The notes under the pieces: model-generated
Seen by the model: only the letters and a program-made list of their open reading frames with translations
The model's database searches: none
What the model was told of the DNA's origin: nothing
Sequence record: OQ411014.1
Origin: Escherichia phage EJP2
Reading direction: 5' to 3' (one strand)
DNA length: 64,000 nucleotides
Shown here: in pieces, positions 39,334-49,999 of the stretch
Layout: the number at the start of each line of letters is the position of its first letter
How positions within the stretch are numbered: the first letter of the stretch is position 1
Program-made: the position numbers and the translations under genes

Positions 39334-41304
39334 ATGGCAAAGAAACAATCATCTGTCATGGAAGAACATGGAATCCAACAACTAACCGAATATGAACACG
39401 CCCGAATCAGGACAGAAATGTATCTTGGTTCACGTTCTGTGCATGAACAGATGGCTCTTATCTTTGGTGAAACAGGCTATGCAGTACTGAACACTGCTTG
39501 GGTTCCAGCACTACTAACATCTATTCGTGAAGTTCTTGATAACTCCCTTGACGAATTCGTGAAAGCAATGGTGAAAGACCCTGAACTACGCGTGACGTAT
39601 GATGAAGGAACTCTAAGCATCGTGGTTTCCGACAACGGTCGCGGTATTCCAATTGACTACGTACCAGATACGCAAAAGAACTTGTGTACTATGGTAATGA
39701 CTGAAATGAAAACTGGTCGTAACTTCAATGATGACGAACGTGAAAACGTCATTGGTATGAACGGTCTTGGTGGTTCAGTTGTAATGATTGTTAGTGAAAC
39801 TGCTGAACTGGAAATCCATCGTGCTGGTCGTCCATACAAAACCACAAGCAGTAATGATGGTTATGATGGAATGTACAAATTTACACAGAAATTCAGCGAA
39901 GGAACTCACATGTTCCCTGACCTACAAATCAATGAACCAACGATTCGTAAAGTCAAAGCTGATAAGACTGGTACTACAATTCGTTTCAAACTAAGCCCAG
40001 CAGTATTCCCGAACCTAGTACTACCAACTGAACTAATCTATAGTATCCTAAAAGAGATTAGTGCTGCGAACCCTACCTACAAAATCTTCCTGAACGACAA
40101 ACGTATTCAGTCTAAAGGTGGAGTAGAGAAAGGTCTATTTGGTAAAGCTAAACTAATGACCCTAAGTGTGAAAGACCCAGGCTTTGACAGTACTTTTTAC
40201 ATCGTTCCTGATTCAGTAGAAGGACAAAGTACTAATTTCCACATGCATGGTCTAGTAAACAACGCCCCAGCGTTAGAAGGTGGCACTCACCTAGAAACAT
40301 TCAAGAAGTTCTTTGCATTAGGTATTGGGACTTCTCTTGAGAAAGAAGCTAAGCGTCGTAAAGTAAAACTAAAACCCAACCGTTCTGATATTGAAGAAGG
40401 TCTATTGATTTACAATATCACACGTATGAACTCTCCATCGTTCAACTCACAGACTAAGACTAAACTAACGAATGAAAATGTTATTCGTCCTGTACAGCAA
40501 GCTATGAGTACTGAATGGTTTGATGAGTTAGTGAAGAAAAATAAGGAGTGGGTGGATTCAATCTTTACTCGTTGTGCTGAACGTACGAACAAGAAAGATG
40601 CAGATGAAGATCGTCGTCTAGCAAAGAAACTACTAAAAGGTAAAGTAGCTAAACTCCGTGATGCAACTGGTACTGACCGTTCCAAATGTATCCTACTAAT
40701 CGCAGAAGGTGATTCCGCAATTAGTAACATGTCCGGTGCTCGTGATTCTGCGATTCATGGTATTCTTCCGTTGCGTGGTAAAATCATGAACGTGAACGGT
40801 ACTGAGAAAACTAAAGATCTAATGGATAGTGATTCTCTACGTGACATTATGGCATCAATCAACCTAATCCCAGGACAAAAAGCTGTACGTTCAGAACTGA
40901 ACTATGGTAAGCTATATATCTGTGCGGATGAGGATGAGGATGGTAAGAACATTGGTGCACTAGTGTGTAACTTCCTATTCAAATTCTGGCCTGAACTATT
41001 CCAAGACCCAGAAAATCCGTTTGTTTACATCTTCAAAACTCCATTTATTATTTTGGAGAAAGGTAAAGAAAGTCGTTATTTCTATGGTCATAACGTGCAT
41101 GAATTCAACCCTGACGAATGGAAAGGATGGAAAGCAACTCGTGCAAAAGGACTAGGAACACTAGAGAAATCCAACTTCCGTGATGCACTAACCGATGGCG
41201 TAGCAATCGCAATCACTGATGACGGTAACTTAGGTGCAACATTAGACCTCATCTTCAATAAAGGTCGTTCCGATGACCGTAAAGAATGGATGAAGGACGA
41301 GTAA
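39334..41304 (+). CDS. type II DNA topoisomerase large subunit (gp39/GyrB-like ATPase plus TOPRIM)
   Basis: ATPase N-box EVLDNSLDE, DNGRGIP, G-loop GLGGS; TOPRIM LLIAEGDSA and CADEDEDG. Confidence 0.95.
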   Translation: MAKKQSSVMEEHGIQQLTEYEHARIRTEMYLGSRSVHEQMALIFGETGYAVLNTAWVPALLTSIREVLDNSLDEFVKAMVKDPELRVTYDEGTLSIVVSDNGRGIPIDYVPDTQKNLCTMVMTEMKTGRNFNDDERENVIGMNGLGGSVVMIVSETAELEIHRAGRPYKTTSSNDGYDGMYKFTQKFSEGTHMFPDLQINEPTIRKVKADKTGTTIRFKLSPAVFPNLVLPTELIYSILKEISAANPTYKIFLNDKRIQSKGGVEKGLFGKAKLMTLSVKDPGFDSTFYIVPDSVEGQSTNFHMHGLVNNAPALEGGTHLETFKKFFALGIGTSLEKEAKRRKVKLKPNRSDIEEGLLIYNITRMNSPSFNSQTKTKLTNENVIRPVQQAMSTEWFDELVKKNKEWVDSIFTRCAERTNKKDADEDRRLAKKLLKGKVAKLRDATGTDRSKCILLIAEGDSAISNMSGARDSAIHGILPLRGKIMNVNGTEKTKDLMDSDSLRDIMASINLIPGQKAVRSELNYGKLYICADEDEDGKNIGALVCNFLFKFWPELFQDPENPFVYIFKTPFIILEKGKESRYFYGHNVHEFNPDEWKGWKATRAKGLGTLEKSNFRDALTDGVAIAITDDGNLGATLDLIFNKGRSDDRKEWMKDE

Positions 41305-41377
41305 TTCAGTACTGAACTGTGAGGGGTAAATATCCCTCACAACAGATAGGATATCAAGAAACAAAGAGGCAAAGGAT

Positions 41378-42781
41378 ATGGCTAAAAAGCAAAACGAGAG
41401 TATTTCTAACGCAACCCTAACACTACTGGACTATGTGAGTTCAGAGTACATCAACCAATCATCACTGGAATATGCAATCAGTACTCTAGACCGTGCAATT
41501 CCAGGTATTGATGGACTAAAAGCATCACAACGTAAAGCAATCTTCACTATCAGTAAAGTTAGTGGTGAAATCAAAACTGTATCAGCAGCAGGACGTATGA
41601 TCAGTGATGGCATTTATCTACACGGTGACGCATCTGCATCTGGTACTTTACAGAACCTAGCATCACCAGTAGTGAATAACTACCCACTAATTGGCAAACG
41701 TGGTGGTTTCGGGAACCAAGCGAACCCTGAGCCAGCAAGTGCACGTTATACATATGTAAAGAAAACCAAAGTCACTGAAGCTCTAGTACTGCGTGATATG
41801 GATGTAGTTCCAATGCAAGAGAACTACGATGGTACAACTATGGAACCACGTCACTTCTTACCTATTATTCCTTTGTGTCTATTCGGTAACGATAGTATGT
41901 CTGTAGGTTACAAAAGTATTATTATGCCGTACAAATTAGAAGATATTATTGACAACTGTATTCGAGTAATTGACAATAAGAAGTTAGTTGATATGATGCC
42001 GTACTATGTAAGTGTAGGTGCATCACCGAACGTAACTAAACTTGAAGAACTAAAGTACGAGTTCTATGGTAAAGCTGAAGTTATCGATGCAAGTACTGTA
42101 CGTATCACTGGTTTACCTCCTTATCGTAAGCTAGAAACTTTCGTTGAGAAACTAATCTCTATGTCCGATGATGGTTCTATTCGTGATTATGACGATAACA
42201 GTACTGACTTAGTGAACATTACAGTGAAGCTCCCACGTGGTACTTCTGCAAAATGGACTGAAAAAGATGTAATTGAATATTTTGGCCTATCCAAGAAAGT
42301 AACTGAAAAACTAAACGTTCTAGGTGAAAATGGATTGGTCAAATCGTACACCAATACTTTGGACATTATTCGTGACTTCGTTGATTTCCGTTTCAAGTAC
42401 TATGTAAAACGTTATGAGAAGAAACTGGAAGCAGCAGCCGCAGAAGTTCGATACAAAGCTCTAGTACAGGAATGTTTCCATAATGATATGATTGGTAAAA
42501 TCAAAGGCTTCCAGAACCGTGCTGAACTAGTTGCATTCGTTGAATCACTAAACACTGAAATTGAAGCATCTGATGAAAACATTCAGAGCATTGTGAACTA
42601 TCCATCTTACCGTTGGACTCAAGAGAACTATCAGAAAGTTCTTGAAGAAATCCAACACGCTTTAGGTCTAATGGATGAGTACAATGATTTACTTTCCAAT
42701 CACGATAAGATTTGGGCGATTTACAAAAATGAACTACTAGAACTACGGGCTATGGACTGCACTCCTAAGTCAGAGGACTAA
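41378..42781 (+). CDS. type II DNA topoisomerase medium subunit (gp52/GyrA N-terminal-like)
   Basis: AIPGIDGLKASQRKAIF and ARYTYVKK (catalytic Tyr region) resemble the GyrA breakage-reunion domain. Confidence 0.9.
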   Translation: MAKKQNESISNATLTLLDYVSSEYINQSSLEYAISTLDRAIPGIDGLKASQRKAIFTISKVSGEIKTVSAAGRMISDGIYLHGDASASGTLQNLASPVVNNYPLIGKRGGFGNQANPEPASARYTYVKKTKVTEALVLRDMDVVPMQENYDGTTMEPRHFLPIIPLCLFGNDSMSVGYKSIIMPYKLEDIIDNCIRVIDNKKLVDMMPYYVSVGASPNVTKLEELKYEFYGKAEVIDASTVRITGLPPYRKLETFVEKLISMSDDGSIRDYDDNSTDLVNITVKLPRGTSAKWTEKDVIEYFGLSKKVTEKLNVLGENGLVKSYTNTLDIIRDFVDFRFKYYVKRYEKKLEAAAAEVRYKALVQECFHNDMIGKIKGFQNRAELVAFVESLNTEIEASDENIQSIVNYPSYRWTQENYQKVLEEIQHALGLMDEYNDLLSNHDKIWAIYKNELLELRAMDCTPKSED

Positions 42782-42789
42782 TACACTAA

Positions 42790-42820
42790 AGGACGCACTA
42801 TGCGTCCTTTGTTATTATAA
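42790..42820 (+). terminator. intrinsic terminator (AGGACGCA stem family)
   Basis: AAAGGACGCA-CTA-TGCGTCCTTT then GTTATTAT; same stem sequence as the terminator at 10170. Confidence 0.6.
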
Positions 42821-42854
42821 ATACTCCGTAGCTTTTAATTAATTGGAGAAACAT

Positions 42855-45236
42855 ATGGCACAATTCATACCACGTTGGGATTTGAAGGCTGACACAAATA
42901 TTATTACTGAAGGTGGTACTACCTATGTGCGTATAAACATCAACAGGGATAAAATTAGTGATCCTTCATTATATGAGATTGAAGATAATCAATATTTAGA
43001 ATTAACATACCGCATTACTGGTACAGGTGAAACATTAGAAGAACGAGATTTTGAGTTATCAGTAGGTGAAGATTTAAATAATTTAAAGCCAATCAGTGAA
43101 ACCAGCACTTATCGTAATATGTTAGGAACACACACTGTTAAATTGGATACCAAATCATTCGAATTGGGAAATAATCTCTCAAAAACAGCTTATTACTTGA
43201 AACTTTATTGCGTAGTTGATGGTGTGTGGGATGGTCCTGAAACATTAGAATTCATTCTAGACACAATGAACATTGTCACTATTACCGAAGGACAAATTTC
43301 AAATGAAGAAGCGTCGGGTAGTATTGGTACAAATACGGCTAAGATTGCATACAATGACAGTACTGAAATATGGGTAACACCATCACTAACAGTACGTGAT
43401 GAAATGTACAGTATTTGTGAAATGCACTATGGTTCGAATAGTCGTGCTTTCGTACAAGCATTTGGTAGATGTAAACCTTACTCTGGTCCTATTGTAGAAG
43501 ATTCATCTAATCGTGTATTCTATCCTATGTATCAAATGGTAAATCTAGCACCGTCAGCAATACCCAGCACTAACAGGACTGGTCATGGTACAGTACTGAA
43601 TCCTGATCCTACTGCAACATTCCCACCTAGTGGTGAAGAAATGCCAGTGGTAATTCGGGATGAGTTAGGGAACAACATTGAAACTGGTTTGAGCTTAAAT
43701 GGTAATGGTCAATTACTCGGAACCTTTCTCTACGATTCTGATCCAATAGATGGTTACTTTAGAGTTAAAATTGTTGCACCAACTGCATATTATACAACTG
43801 AGCGTGATGCATTTTATATCGGTAAGCGTTTTAAAGCGTATCAAATGTGGGTATGTCCACAAGATACATCTTACATCAAAGGTTCACCAACACCAGGCCA
43901 CCTTTACCAATTAAAGAACACTGTAATTTATCCTTATGTTATCAAGGACTTCACGGAGAACTCAATTCACTATCCAATCTTTGAAGAAAATGACTGGATT
44001 GATTTGGGATATTATGATGTGAGTTTGGGTTCTGGTATTATTGGACAAGAAAGAACTTTCCGTATGATTATCAATGGTAACACCGGAGATGGCATTAGTT
44101 TTATCACTGATACTGATTTAGGTTCCATCCATGTGGGTGAGTATTTTGGTCACACGGTATATCCGTCGATTCAAGCCTCTGGTACATTAGTAACTTATAA
44201 GATTCTTGAATCATCAAGAGATGACATTACTAAGTACAACATTGATTTAACCGCAGATGGGATTATGGTCGGTACTGCTTATGCACAAAGTACTGATTTT
44301 AGTGCTAATGACGAAATACACTTAGAGTTTGATGTACAAGCAACAGACAAGAGTGGTGCTAGTGTAACTGCAACATTCAAGATTAGAATTACCCGTGGCT
44401 TCGGTCAGAACTTCCTAAGTGCATTTGTAAAACCACATATGCCATTTGAACGTAAGTGGTTTAAAATGATCAGTACTTCTAATTTTGTGAACCAAGAGTA
44501 CTATAGAACATCTGATGATCGTTATGGGTTACAGAAGTTTCCTAAGATGCTATTGAAAGAGAACTTTGTCAGTACTACTTATATGTACGAATCATTACAA
44601 GCAATGAAGAATACATTACGAGATAACTTAGTGAAGCCTGATACTGGAGCACCAGTACCGACAGGGACGTTTGGTTTTAGTTTAGGTAACTATAAAATTC
44701 GTTCAGCACTTGACAGTTTAGGCAACGTACTGTATGATGTACTATATCGTGAAATCCATCCTAAAGGTACTAGTGTTCCTATCTCTATGGAACCGTTGAA
44801 GTACACTACTCAAGACAATGGATTCTTGGCTGAGTTCTTTGGATTGCGTGAGAACATTGTCAGTACTGTAGGTGAAGACACCACGAACTTGCTATCTGAC
44901 CCGACTGATTTACAGAACCGTGGTTTGTATGTAGATGCAATTACTGGAATCTCGAAGGAAATGTTAGACACAGTTCCACGATACATGAACCATCCATATA
45001 CTGGTGATGGAGTTAAGGCTGGATTTTTGCCTGTAATTCCTGTAGCATACTTTAAGCCAGGTCAAGCTGAAGCATTCTTTAACACACTAATCCGTTCCAA
45101 TGAGTATCAGGAATTGGTGAATGAAGAGTTTGAGATTACATACGTTGAGTTCCAATACTTCTTTTTGCAGTACGCTAAATACGTTCAAGAGAACTATACT
45201 GTACAAATTAAAGAACAAAGTTTATTGGGAGGGTAA
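42855..45236 (+). CDS. hypothetical large protein, about 794 aa (possibly virion structural)
   Basis: Track ORF from TTG 42843; ATG at 42855 with GGAGAA RBS; Gly/Thr/Ser-rich. Confidence 0.6.
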   Translation: MAQFIPRWDLKADTNIITEGGTTYVRININRDKISDPSLYEIEDNQYLELTYRITGTGETLEERDFELSVGEDLNNLKPISETSTYRNMLGTHTVKLDTKSFELGNNLSKTAYYLKLYCVVDGVWDGPETLEFILDTMNIVTITEGQISNEEASGSIGTNTAKIAYNDSTEIWVTPSLTVRDEMYSICEMHYGSNSRAFVQAFGRCKPYSGPIVEDSSNRVFYPMYQMVNLAPSAIPSTNRTGHGTVLNPDPTATFPPSGEEMPVVIRDELGNNIETGLSLNGNGQLLGTFLYDSDPIDGYFRVKIVAPTAYYTTERDAFYIGKRFKAYQMWVCPQDTSYIKGSPTPGHLYQLKNTVIYPYVIKDFTENSIHYPIFEENDWIDLGYYDVSLGSGIIGQERTFRMIINGNTGDGISFITDTDLGSIHVGEYFGHTVYPSIQASGTLVTYKILESSRDDITKYNIDLTADGIMVGTAYAQSTDFSANDEIHLEFDVQATDKSGASVTATFKIRITRGFGQNFLSAFVKPHMPFERKWFKMISTSNFVNQEYYRTSDDRYGLQKFPKMLLKENFVSTTYMYESLQAMKNTLRDNLVKPDTGAPVPTGTFGFSLGNYKIRSALDSLGNVLYDVLYREIHPKGTSVPISMEPLKYTTQDNGFLAEFFGLRENIVSTVGEDTTNLLSDPTDLQNRGLYVDAITGISKEMLDTVPRYMNHPYTGDGVKAGFLPVIPVAYFKPGQAEAFFNTLIRSNEYQELVNEEFEITYVEFQYFFLQYAKYVQENYTVQIKEQSLLGG

Positions 45237-45240
45237 TAGT

Positions 45241-45549
45241 ATGTTTAATCCATTTTTCAATCCACAAAACATGACTGACAAAGAACTTAATCAGAAAATC
45301 ATTGACATGAGCACTCGCATCACGAATGCTCGTGCTGGTGGTGCAAGTTCTGAAATTATTGGTAATATGTATGCAATCTTAGATGCGTGTGAAGAAGAAA
45401 ACTATATTCGTTATTCATCAAAAGAGGCTGAATCTTGGCGTGATGACGGTGCTTGTATGTTTGATCTAAATGACTACTTAGATTCAGAAGAGGATAATAA
45501 GAAACCACATGAAAGTTCAAGGAAACAGATCTATAAGCCAGGATGGTGA
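45241..45549 (+). CDS. hypothetical protein
   Basis: In-frame ATG at 45241 with GGGAGGG RBS; the track ORF 45121 starts inside the previous gene. Confidence 0.5.
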   Translation: MFNPFFNPQNMTDKELNQKIIDMSTRITNARAGGASSEIIGNMYAILDACEEENYIRYSSKEAESWRDDGACMFDLNDYLDSEEDNKKPHESSRKQIYKPGW

Positions 45550-46027
45550 TGTACGTTGTAATCTTAACGCAGTAGTTTATGCTATGAACTGCGGTCAAGA
45601 CATACAGTACATTCAACTGGATGATATATCGGAATTTGAGCGAGAGAAGTTCAACACTAACTGTAAGAACTTCGGGTTATCCCAACGTATGCTGGATTAT
45701 ACTATAGAGCATGATAAGAACCATGAGCTATGGCGTTATGATCCAGTATACGACAAGATCAACTTGCTTGATTTTTTCTTAGAAAAGTGTACTACCGAAG
45801 AAGGTAGAGAACGTGTTCGATACGAAATTGGTTTGTACGAACACTACAACATGACCAAACTACTACGTTGTATGATTTGGTTAGTTGACTATATGGAAGA
45901 TAAAGAAATCTTCTGGGGATTAGGTCGTGGTAGCTCCGTTGCGAGTTATTGTCTATTCCTGTTAGGGTTGCATCTGGTGGATTCTGTGAAATATTCACTC
46001 GATGTGAACGAATTTTTGAAATGGTAA
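45509..46027 (+). CDS. hypothetical protein
   Basis: Track ORF; 41-nt overlap with the upstream gene; start uncertain. Confidence 0.45.
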   Translation: MKVQGNRSISQDGDVRCNLNAVVYAMNCGQDIQYIQLDDISEFEREKFNTNCKNFGLSQRMLDYTIEHDKNHELWRYDPVYDKINLLDFFLEKCTTEEGRERVRYEIGLYEHYNMTKLLRCMIWLVDYMEDKEIFWGLGRGSSVASYCLFLLGLHLVDSVKYSLDVNEFLKW

Positions 46028-46034
46028 AGAAAAA

Positions 46035-46045
46035 TGTGATATAAT
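46035..46045 (+). promoter_or_regulatory. extended -10 promoter TGTGATATAAT
   Basis: Exact motif copy; embedded in the palindrome GTGATATAATAGATATCAC. Confidence 0.5.
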
Positions 46046-46076
46046 AGATATCACATAAACAAGAAAAGGATTTTTT

Positions 46077-46454
46077 ATGGGTAAGAAACACACATCTTAT
46101 CGTGGTGTTGCCATCGATATGGAAATGTTGAAGTTCCAAAACCAAACTGCAACTGCACTAGGTAACGCTAATATGAACGCTCGCGGCGATAAAATCGGTC
46201 GTGGTGGTTCTATAATCAAAACACGCGAAGAGCTACTCGCTGAACGTGAGCGTGAAATGCAACTACCTGATATCATGCCTGAACACACCAGTCACAGTAC
46301 TGCACCTGCTATCGATGATGGTTTTGATGACAGTATGTTTGAAATTGCTGAAGTTGAACCAGTGCAAGAAGTACAAGCTGAAGAAGCTGCTGCACCTAAG
46401 AAAGCACCAGTGAAACGTGCTAAGACTAAAGAAGACACTGATAATCAGGAGTAA
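46077..46454 (+). CDS. hypothetical protein
   Basis: Track ORF; AAAGGA RBS. Confidence 0.5.
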   Translation: MGKKHTSYRGVAIDMEMLKFQNQTATALGNANMNARGDKIGRGGSIIKTREELLAEREREMQLPDIMPEHTSHSTAPAIDDGFDDSMFEIAEVEPVQEVQAEEAAAPKKAPVKRAKTKEDTDNQE

Positions 46455-46458
46455 TATA

Positions 46459-46779
46459 ATGGAATCTAAAGTGATGAAAGCTGGGGTTGGTAAAGTTGTT
46501 GTTACTAACCTAGACCGTGGTGAGCAAGTCTCTGAAGCTGGTATCGTTCTTCGTGACGATGACGGTACTTTACGTGGTATTCACCCACGCTGGGGTCAAG
46601 TTTATTCTGTAGGTGATGATGTTACTGACGTAAATGTCGGTGATTGGGTTCTAGTGGTACATGGTCGTTGGTCACGTACTATTGAAGTTGATGGTGTCGA
46701 ACTAAACCTCGTGGACTATCCAGAGAACGTAATGATTGCATCTCCTACTCGTCCTAAAGATCTTTTTATTGGTTACTAA
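46459..46779 (+). CDS. GroES-like co-chaperonin (gp31-like), tentative
   Basis: About 107 aa with GIVL ... VGD.V pattern typical of the GroES fold; start ATG 46459 (CAGGAG RBS) instead of track 46417. Confidence 0.5.
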   Translation: MESKVMKAGVGKVVVTNLDRGEQVSEAGIVLRDDDGTLRGIHPRWGQVYSVGDDVTDVNVGDWVLVVHGRWSRTIEVDGVELNLVDYPENVMIASPTRPKDLFIGY

Positions 46780-46790
46780 AATGTATAATC

Positions 46791-46820
46791 GCCCAGAAAA
46801 TATTTCTGGGCTTCTTTTTG
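46791..46820 (+). terminator. intrinsic terminator
   Basis: GCCCAGAAA-ATA-TTTCTGGGC then TTCTTTTT. Confidence 0.55.
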
Positions 46821-46830
46821 AAGGTGTGTT

Positions 46831-47109
46831 ATGATATCAGAAGATGGAAAGTACTTCATATTTGAAGACGCAAAATTAGTTCCTAAGAAGGGAAAGTTCT
46901 ACTTGGAATATCCCACGAATAAACGTAAAGTGTTCGAAGTTAGCGAATCAACATTCAAAATGACTATTGTTAACGCAGCATCTGCACGGGCTTCGGGTTG
47001 GGAACTTCCTGGAGCAGCAAATAACATTGATTATCTTCTTGACCAACTAGAAATGTCAGAAGACTTATTCTCTGCGATGCTTTTTGATTACACCGAATGG
47101 AAATACTAA
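46831..47109 (+). CDS. hypothetical protein
   Basis: Track ORF, 92 aa. Confidence 0.45.
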   Translation: MISEDGKYFIFEDAKLVPKKGKFYLEYPTNKRKVFEVSESTFKMTIVNAASARASGWELPGAANNIDYLLDQLEMSEDLFSAMLFDYTEWKY

Positions 47110-47123
47110 GAGGAATATAAAAT

Positions 47124-48080
47124 ATGGCTATTACCCTATGGACTGAAAAATACCGCCCACGTACTCTAGCTGATTATGTTTTCAAAAACCCAGCTTTCCG
47201 TCAGAAGATGGAAGAGTGGATTCGTACTGGTGAGATTCCTCATATTGGTTTCTTCGGTCCAGCAGGTACAGGTAAAACCTCAGCACTACAAGTTCTAATC
47301 AATGGGCTTATTGAGAATGGTTTTATCGATCCTAGCGATGTGACAGTACTGAACATGTCCGATGAAGGTATGGATGCAGTACGTGATAAAATCGACGCAG
47401 CCGCACGTCTAGCTTGCTTTGGTTCTTATCGTATCTTCGTACTAGAAGAAATGGAACAGATGCACCAGAAAGCACAGGGTTCTCTGAAGCGTATCATGGA
47501 GGATTACCATGAGAATGCTCGTTTCATCCTAACTTCTAACGAACCACACAAAATCCTAAAACCAATCCTATCTCGTGTACAATCCATTATGATTGAAAAA
47601 CACGATATGGAACAGTTCATGGAGAAAGTATGCACAGTACTACTCGCTGAAGGTGTAGAACTAGAAACTGAAGAAAGTATCAATCTTGTCCAGAAGTACA
47701 TCAAGAAAACTTTCCCTGATTTCCGTAAAACTCTAAACCTTCTACAGTGTTCCGTTGTAGACAACAAGCTAGTCCAAGTTGAAGAATCAATTGACGGTAC
47801 TGCGTCTTATCGTGATAGTATTGTTGCAGCGTTACAAGCTGGTAACATTCGTCAGATGCGTGAAGAGATTGTTCAGAACATTCCTGAAGATGAAATTGAC
47901 AGTTTCTTCTCCTTCCTGTATCGTAATGTTGATATGTTCACAACTGATGAAGTGAATGTAATGAAAATCAAGGTGAAAATCCGTGATGCAGTTGTGAAAC
48001 AAGCATCTGTATCTGACCGTGAAATGAACCTATCCGCACTCTTGTGTGAAATTGACCTAATTTGTTCTGGGGAAATGTAA
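47124..48080 (+). CDS. clamp-loader ATPase subunit (RFC/gp44-like AAA+)
   Basis: WTEKYRP RFC box, Walker A GPAGTGKTS, SRVQSI, KTFPDFRKT; 318 aa. Confidence 0.9.
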   Translation: MAITLWTEKYRPRTLADYVFKNPAFRQKMEEWIRTGEIPHIGFFGPAGTGKTSALQVLINGLIENGFIDPSDVTVLNMSDEGMDAVRDKIDAAARLACFGSYRIFVLEEMEQMHQKAQGSLKRIMEDYHENARFILTSNEPHKILKPILSRVQSIMIEKHDMEQFMEKVCTVLLAEGVELETEESINLVQKYIKKTFPDFRKTLNLLQCSVVDNKLVQVEESIDGTASYRDSIVAALQAGNIRQMREEIVQNIPEDEIDSFFSFLYRNVDMFTTDEVNVMKIKVKIRDAVVKQASVSDREMNLSALLCEIDLICSGEM

Positions 48081-48706
48081 TGAAGAAACGTGTATGTATT
48101 TTTGATGTTGATGAAGTACTGTTAGACTGGATGGAAGGTTTACGTTCATTTGTTGAAAAACATTATGATATCCATCCAGTAGGACTACCATCTGATTTCT
48201 CGTTAGTAGAGTGGTTGGGTGTTGAGTCCAGTGATGTTCGTGATATCATCAAACATTTCAATGAACGTGCATATGAATTCGGCCTTCTTGGTCGAGTTGA
48301 AGATGATGCTTACGAGTACTTACGAGTACTACGTAAGAACTTCCCAGATGTTGGATTTATCGCTCTAACCAAGAGCGGTACTGGTGGTCATGGTAAAGTA
48401 CTGCGTCAAGTGAACTTAGAGAACCAGTACCCTGGCATCTTCGATGAAGTTCATATTGTTGAGATGTATGAATCTAAACGTACTGCTCTGCATAAGCTAC
48501 AGGTGCAGTATGATGTGCAACTCTTTGTTGATGATTACTTAGCTAACATCACGACTGCCAAGGACTTAGGTATTCGTTCTATCATGTTCGCTTCTAGCCA
48601 TAACTATCAATACAAAGATAGTACTGATTTCGAGTACATCCCGAACTGGTATCAATTACAACGCACAATTTCGTATTCCCTTTTACAAGGTAGTCACAAA
48701 AAATAA
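48080..48706 (+). CDS. HAD-superfamily hydrolase (nucleotidase-like), tentative
   Basis: N-terminal FDVDEV resembles HAD motif I (DxDx[TV]); start ATG 48080 overlaps the upstream stop (TAATG). Confidence 0.45.
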   Translation: MKKRVCIFDVDEVLLDWMEGLRSFVEKHYDIHPVGLPSDFSLVEWLGVESSDVRDIIKHFNERAYEFGLLGRVEDDAYEYLRVLRKNFPDVGFIALTKSGTGGHGKVLRQVNLENQYPGIFDEVHIVEMYESKRTALHKLQVQYDVQLFVDDYLANITTAKDLGIRSIMFASSHNYQYKDSTDFEYIPNWYQLQRTISYSLLQGSHKK

Positions 48707-48747
48707 GTAGTAAATAGGTATATATAAATTACGAAAAGGATTTTATA

Positions 48748-49317
48748 ATGAGTAATACTAGTTCTTCACCAGTACAGACATTATATGATCAAGACGGTCT
48801 TCTCGACATCCTTTTGGGTGTTGAGAAGTATTTTGATGATATGGATTTGTACGCTTATAAGAATTGGATTTACGGTGAACTTGTTGAGGGGCCAATAACC
48901 TCGAAGTACTGGGTTGAAGTAACCTTTAAGTACGATCACGACACATTCCCTGATCCAATCGCTACCCAAATGTTTGAAAAACAAGGGACTAAAGTCTTTG
49001 TAAAAAATGACTTCGAAATAAAACCCATTTCTCACCCTAGAAAATTAGGTGATATGGAAACAGTAGCTGCACAGGGTGCTGGGCTAAGTTTACCTGCTGA
49101 TGAGAAAAAACCAATTATATTATATCGTTTCCAAATTCCACGCCGCATCGTGAACCCTGAAAGTTTCGATGAGTACAAACTAATGACTTCAGTATTCAAT
49201 AGTAATGACGAAGACGAAGTTGCACCAATGATGGATATGGATAGCGAAGATGACGTTGCTGAAATGGATGCACAATTCGGTGATGAACAACCACAGCAAC
49301 AACAAGGGGGTCTATAA
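48748..49317 (+). CDS. hypothetical protein with acidic C-terminus
   Basis: Track ORF; AAAGGA RBS. Confidence 0.5.
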   Translation: MSNTSSSPVQTLYDQDGLLDILLGVEKYFDDMDLYAYKNWIYGELVEGPITSKYWVEVTFKYDHDTFPDPIATQMFEKQGTKVFVKNDFEIKPISHPRKLGDMETVAAQGAGLSLPADEKKPIILYRFQIPRRIVNPESFDEYKLMTSVFNSNDEDEVAPMMDMDSEDDVAEMDAQFGDEQPQQQQGGL

Positions 49318-49997
49318 TGTCCGAATTGAATGAACATGCACTAAGACCTTCAGTACTGAAAGATTTAGTTTACGAGATTATCAGTGTAGATGAATACACT
49401 CCTAAAGTCGGTGAAGGTAATATTGTTGTTGCTTTTCAGGTAAAAGACAACTATGATGCTGCTTATGACTTGAGTTCTTTTATTGAGAAATCACCACTAG
49501 GTGTAGTCGATACTGAAGCTAATGAAACTCCTAACGTTGATGGACGCTACATTGTTTTCGCTGAATTTGAACGTGATGGTGAGTTTCCTAAGAAGCTACT
49601 AACTCTTCTAAAGACAATTGAAAATCTATGTCCAAATCCAGGTTGGAAGTTACAACTATACGGAGTAAACGATCCAATTGATGTTGATTTTGATGTAGTG
49701 AGTACTCGTATTGATTTGACTCACCCTGAAGATTTGACTGAGTTCTTTGACCCAGCGTGTGTGAAAGCTGTAGTACTAGAGAATACAATCTGTTTAGAAA
49801 CTGCTTATGGTGACTTGCATTATACGAAAGGAAGTGCTAAAGTATCTGAGAAGTTTGTAGAAACAGTACTGAAAGAAGGTGCTTATGACCTTGATGACAC
49901 CAGACTAAGTTCTATCTTAGGTTCTGGCTATGATGTAGTGAAAGCTGGCAACCAGTACATCGTAGGACATAAAGGAAAGTATTTCATACTACGTTAA
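49317..49997 (+). CDS. hypothetical acidic protein, 226 aa
   Basis: Track ORF; stop/start overlap; no convincing similarity to a sliding clamp by eye. Confidence 0.5.
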   Translation: MSELNEHALRPSVLKDLVYEIISVDEYTPKVGEGNIVVAFQVKDNYDAAYDLSSFIEKSPLGVVDTEANETPNVDGRYIVFAEFERDGEFPKKLLTLLKTIENLCPNPGWKLQLYGVNDPIDVDFDVVSTRIDLTHPEDLTEFFDPACVKAVVLENTICLETAYGDLHYTKGSAKVSEKFVETVLKEGAYDLDDTRLSSILGSGYDVVKAGNQYIVGHKGKYFILR

Positions 49998-49999
49998 CC

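Noticed and set aside
49317-49997. Sliding clamp (gp45-like) assignment for the 226-aa acidic protein near the clamp loader
   Set aside because: Size and location are suggestive, but I could not align it convincingly with gp45 by eye; left as hypothetical.
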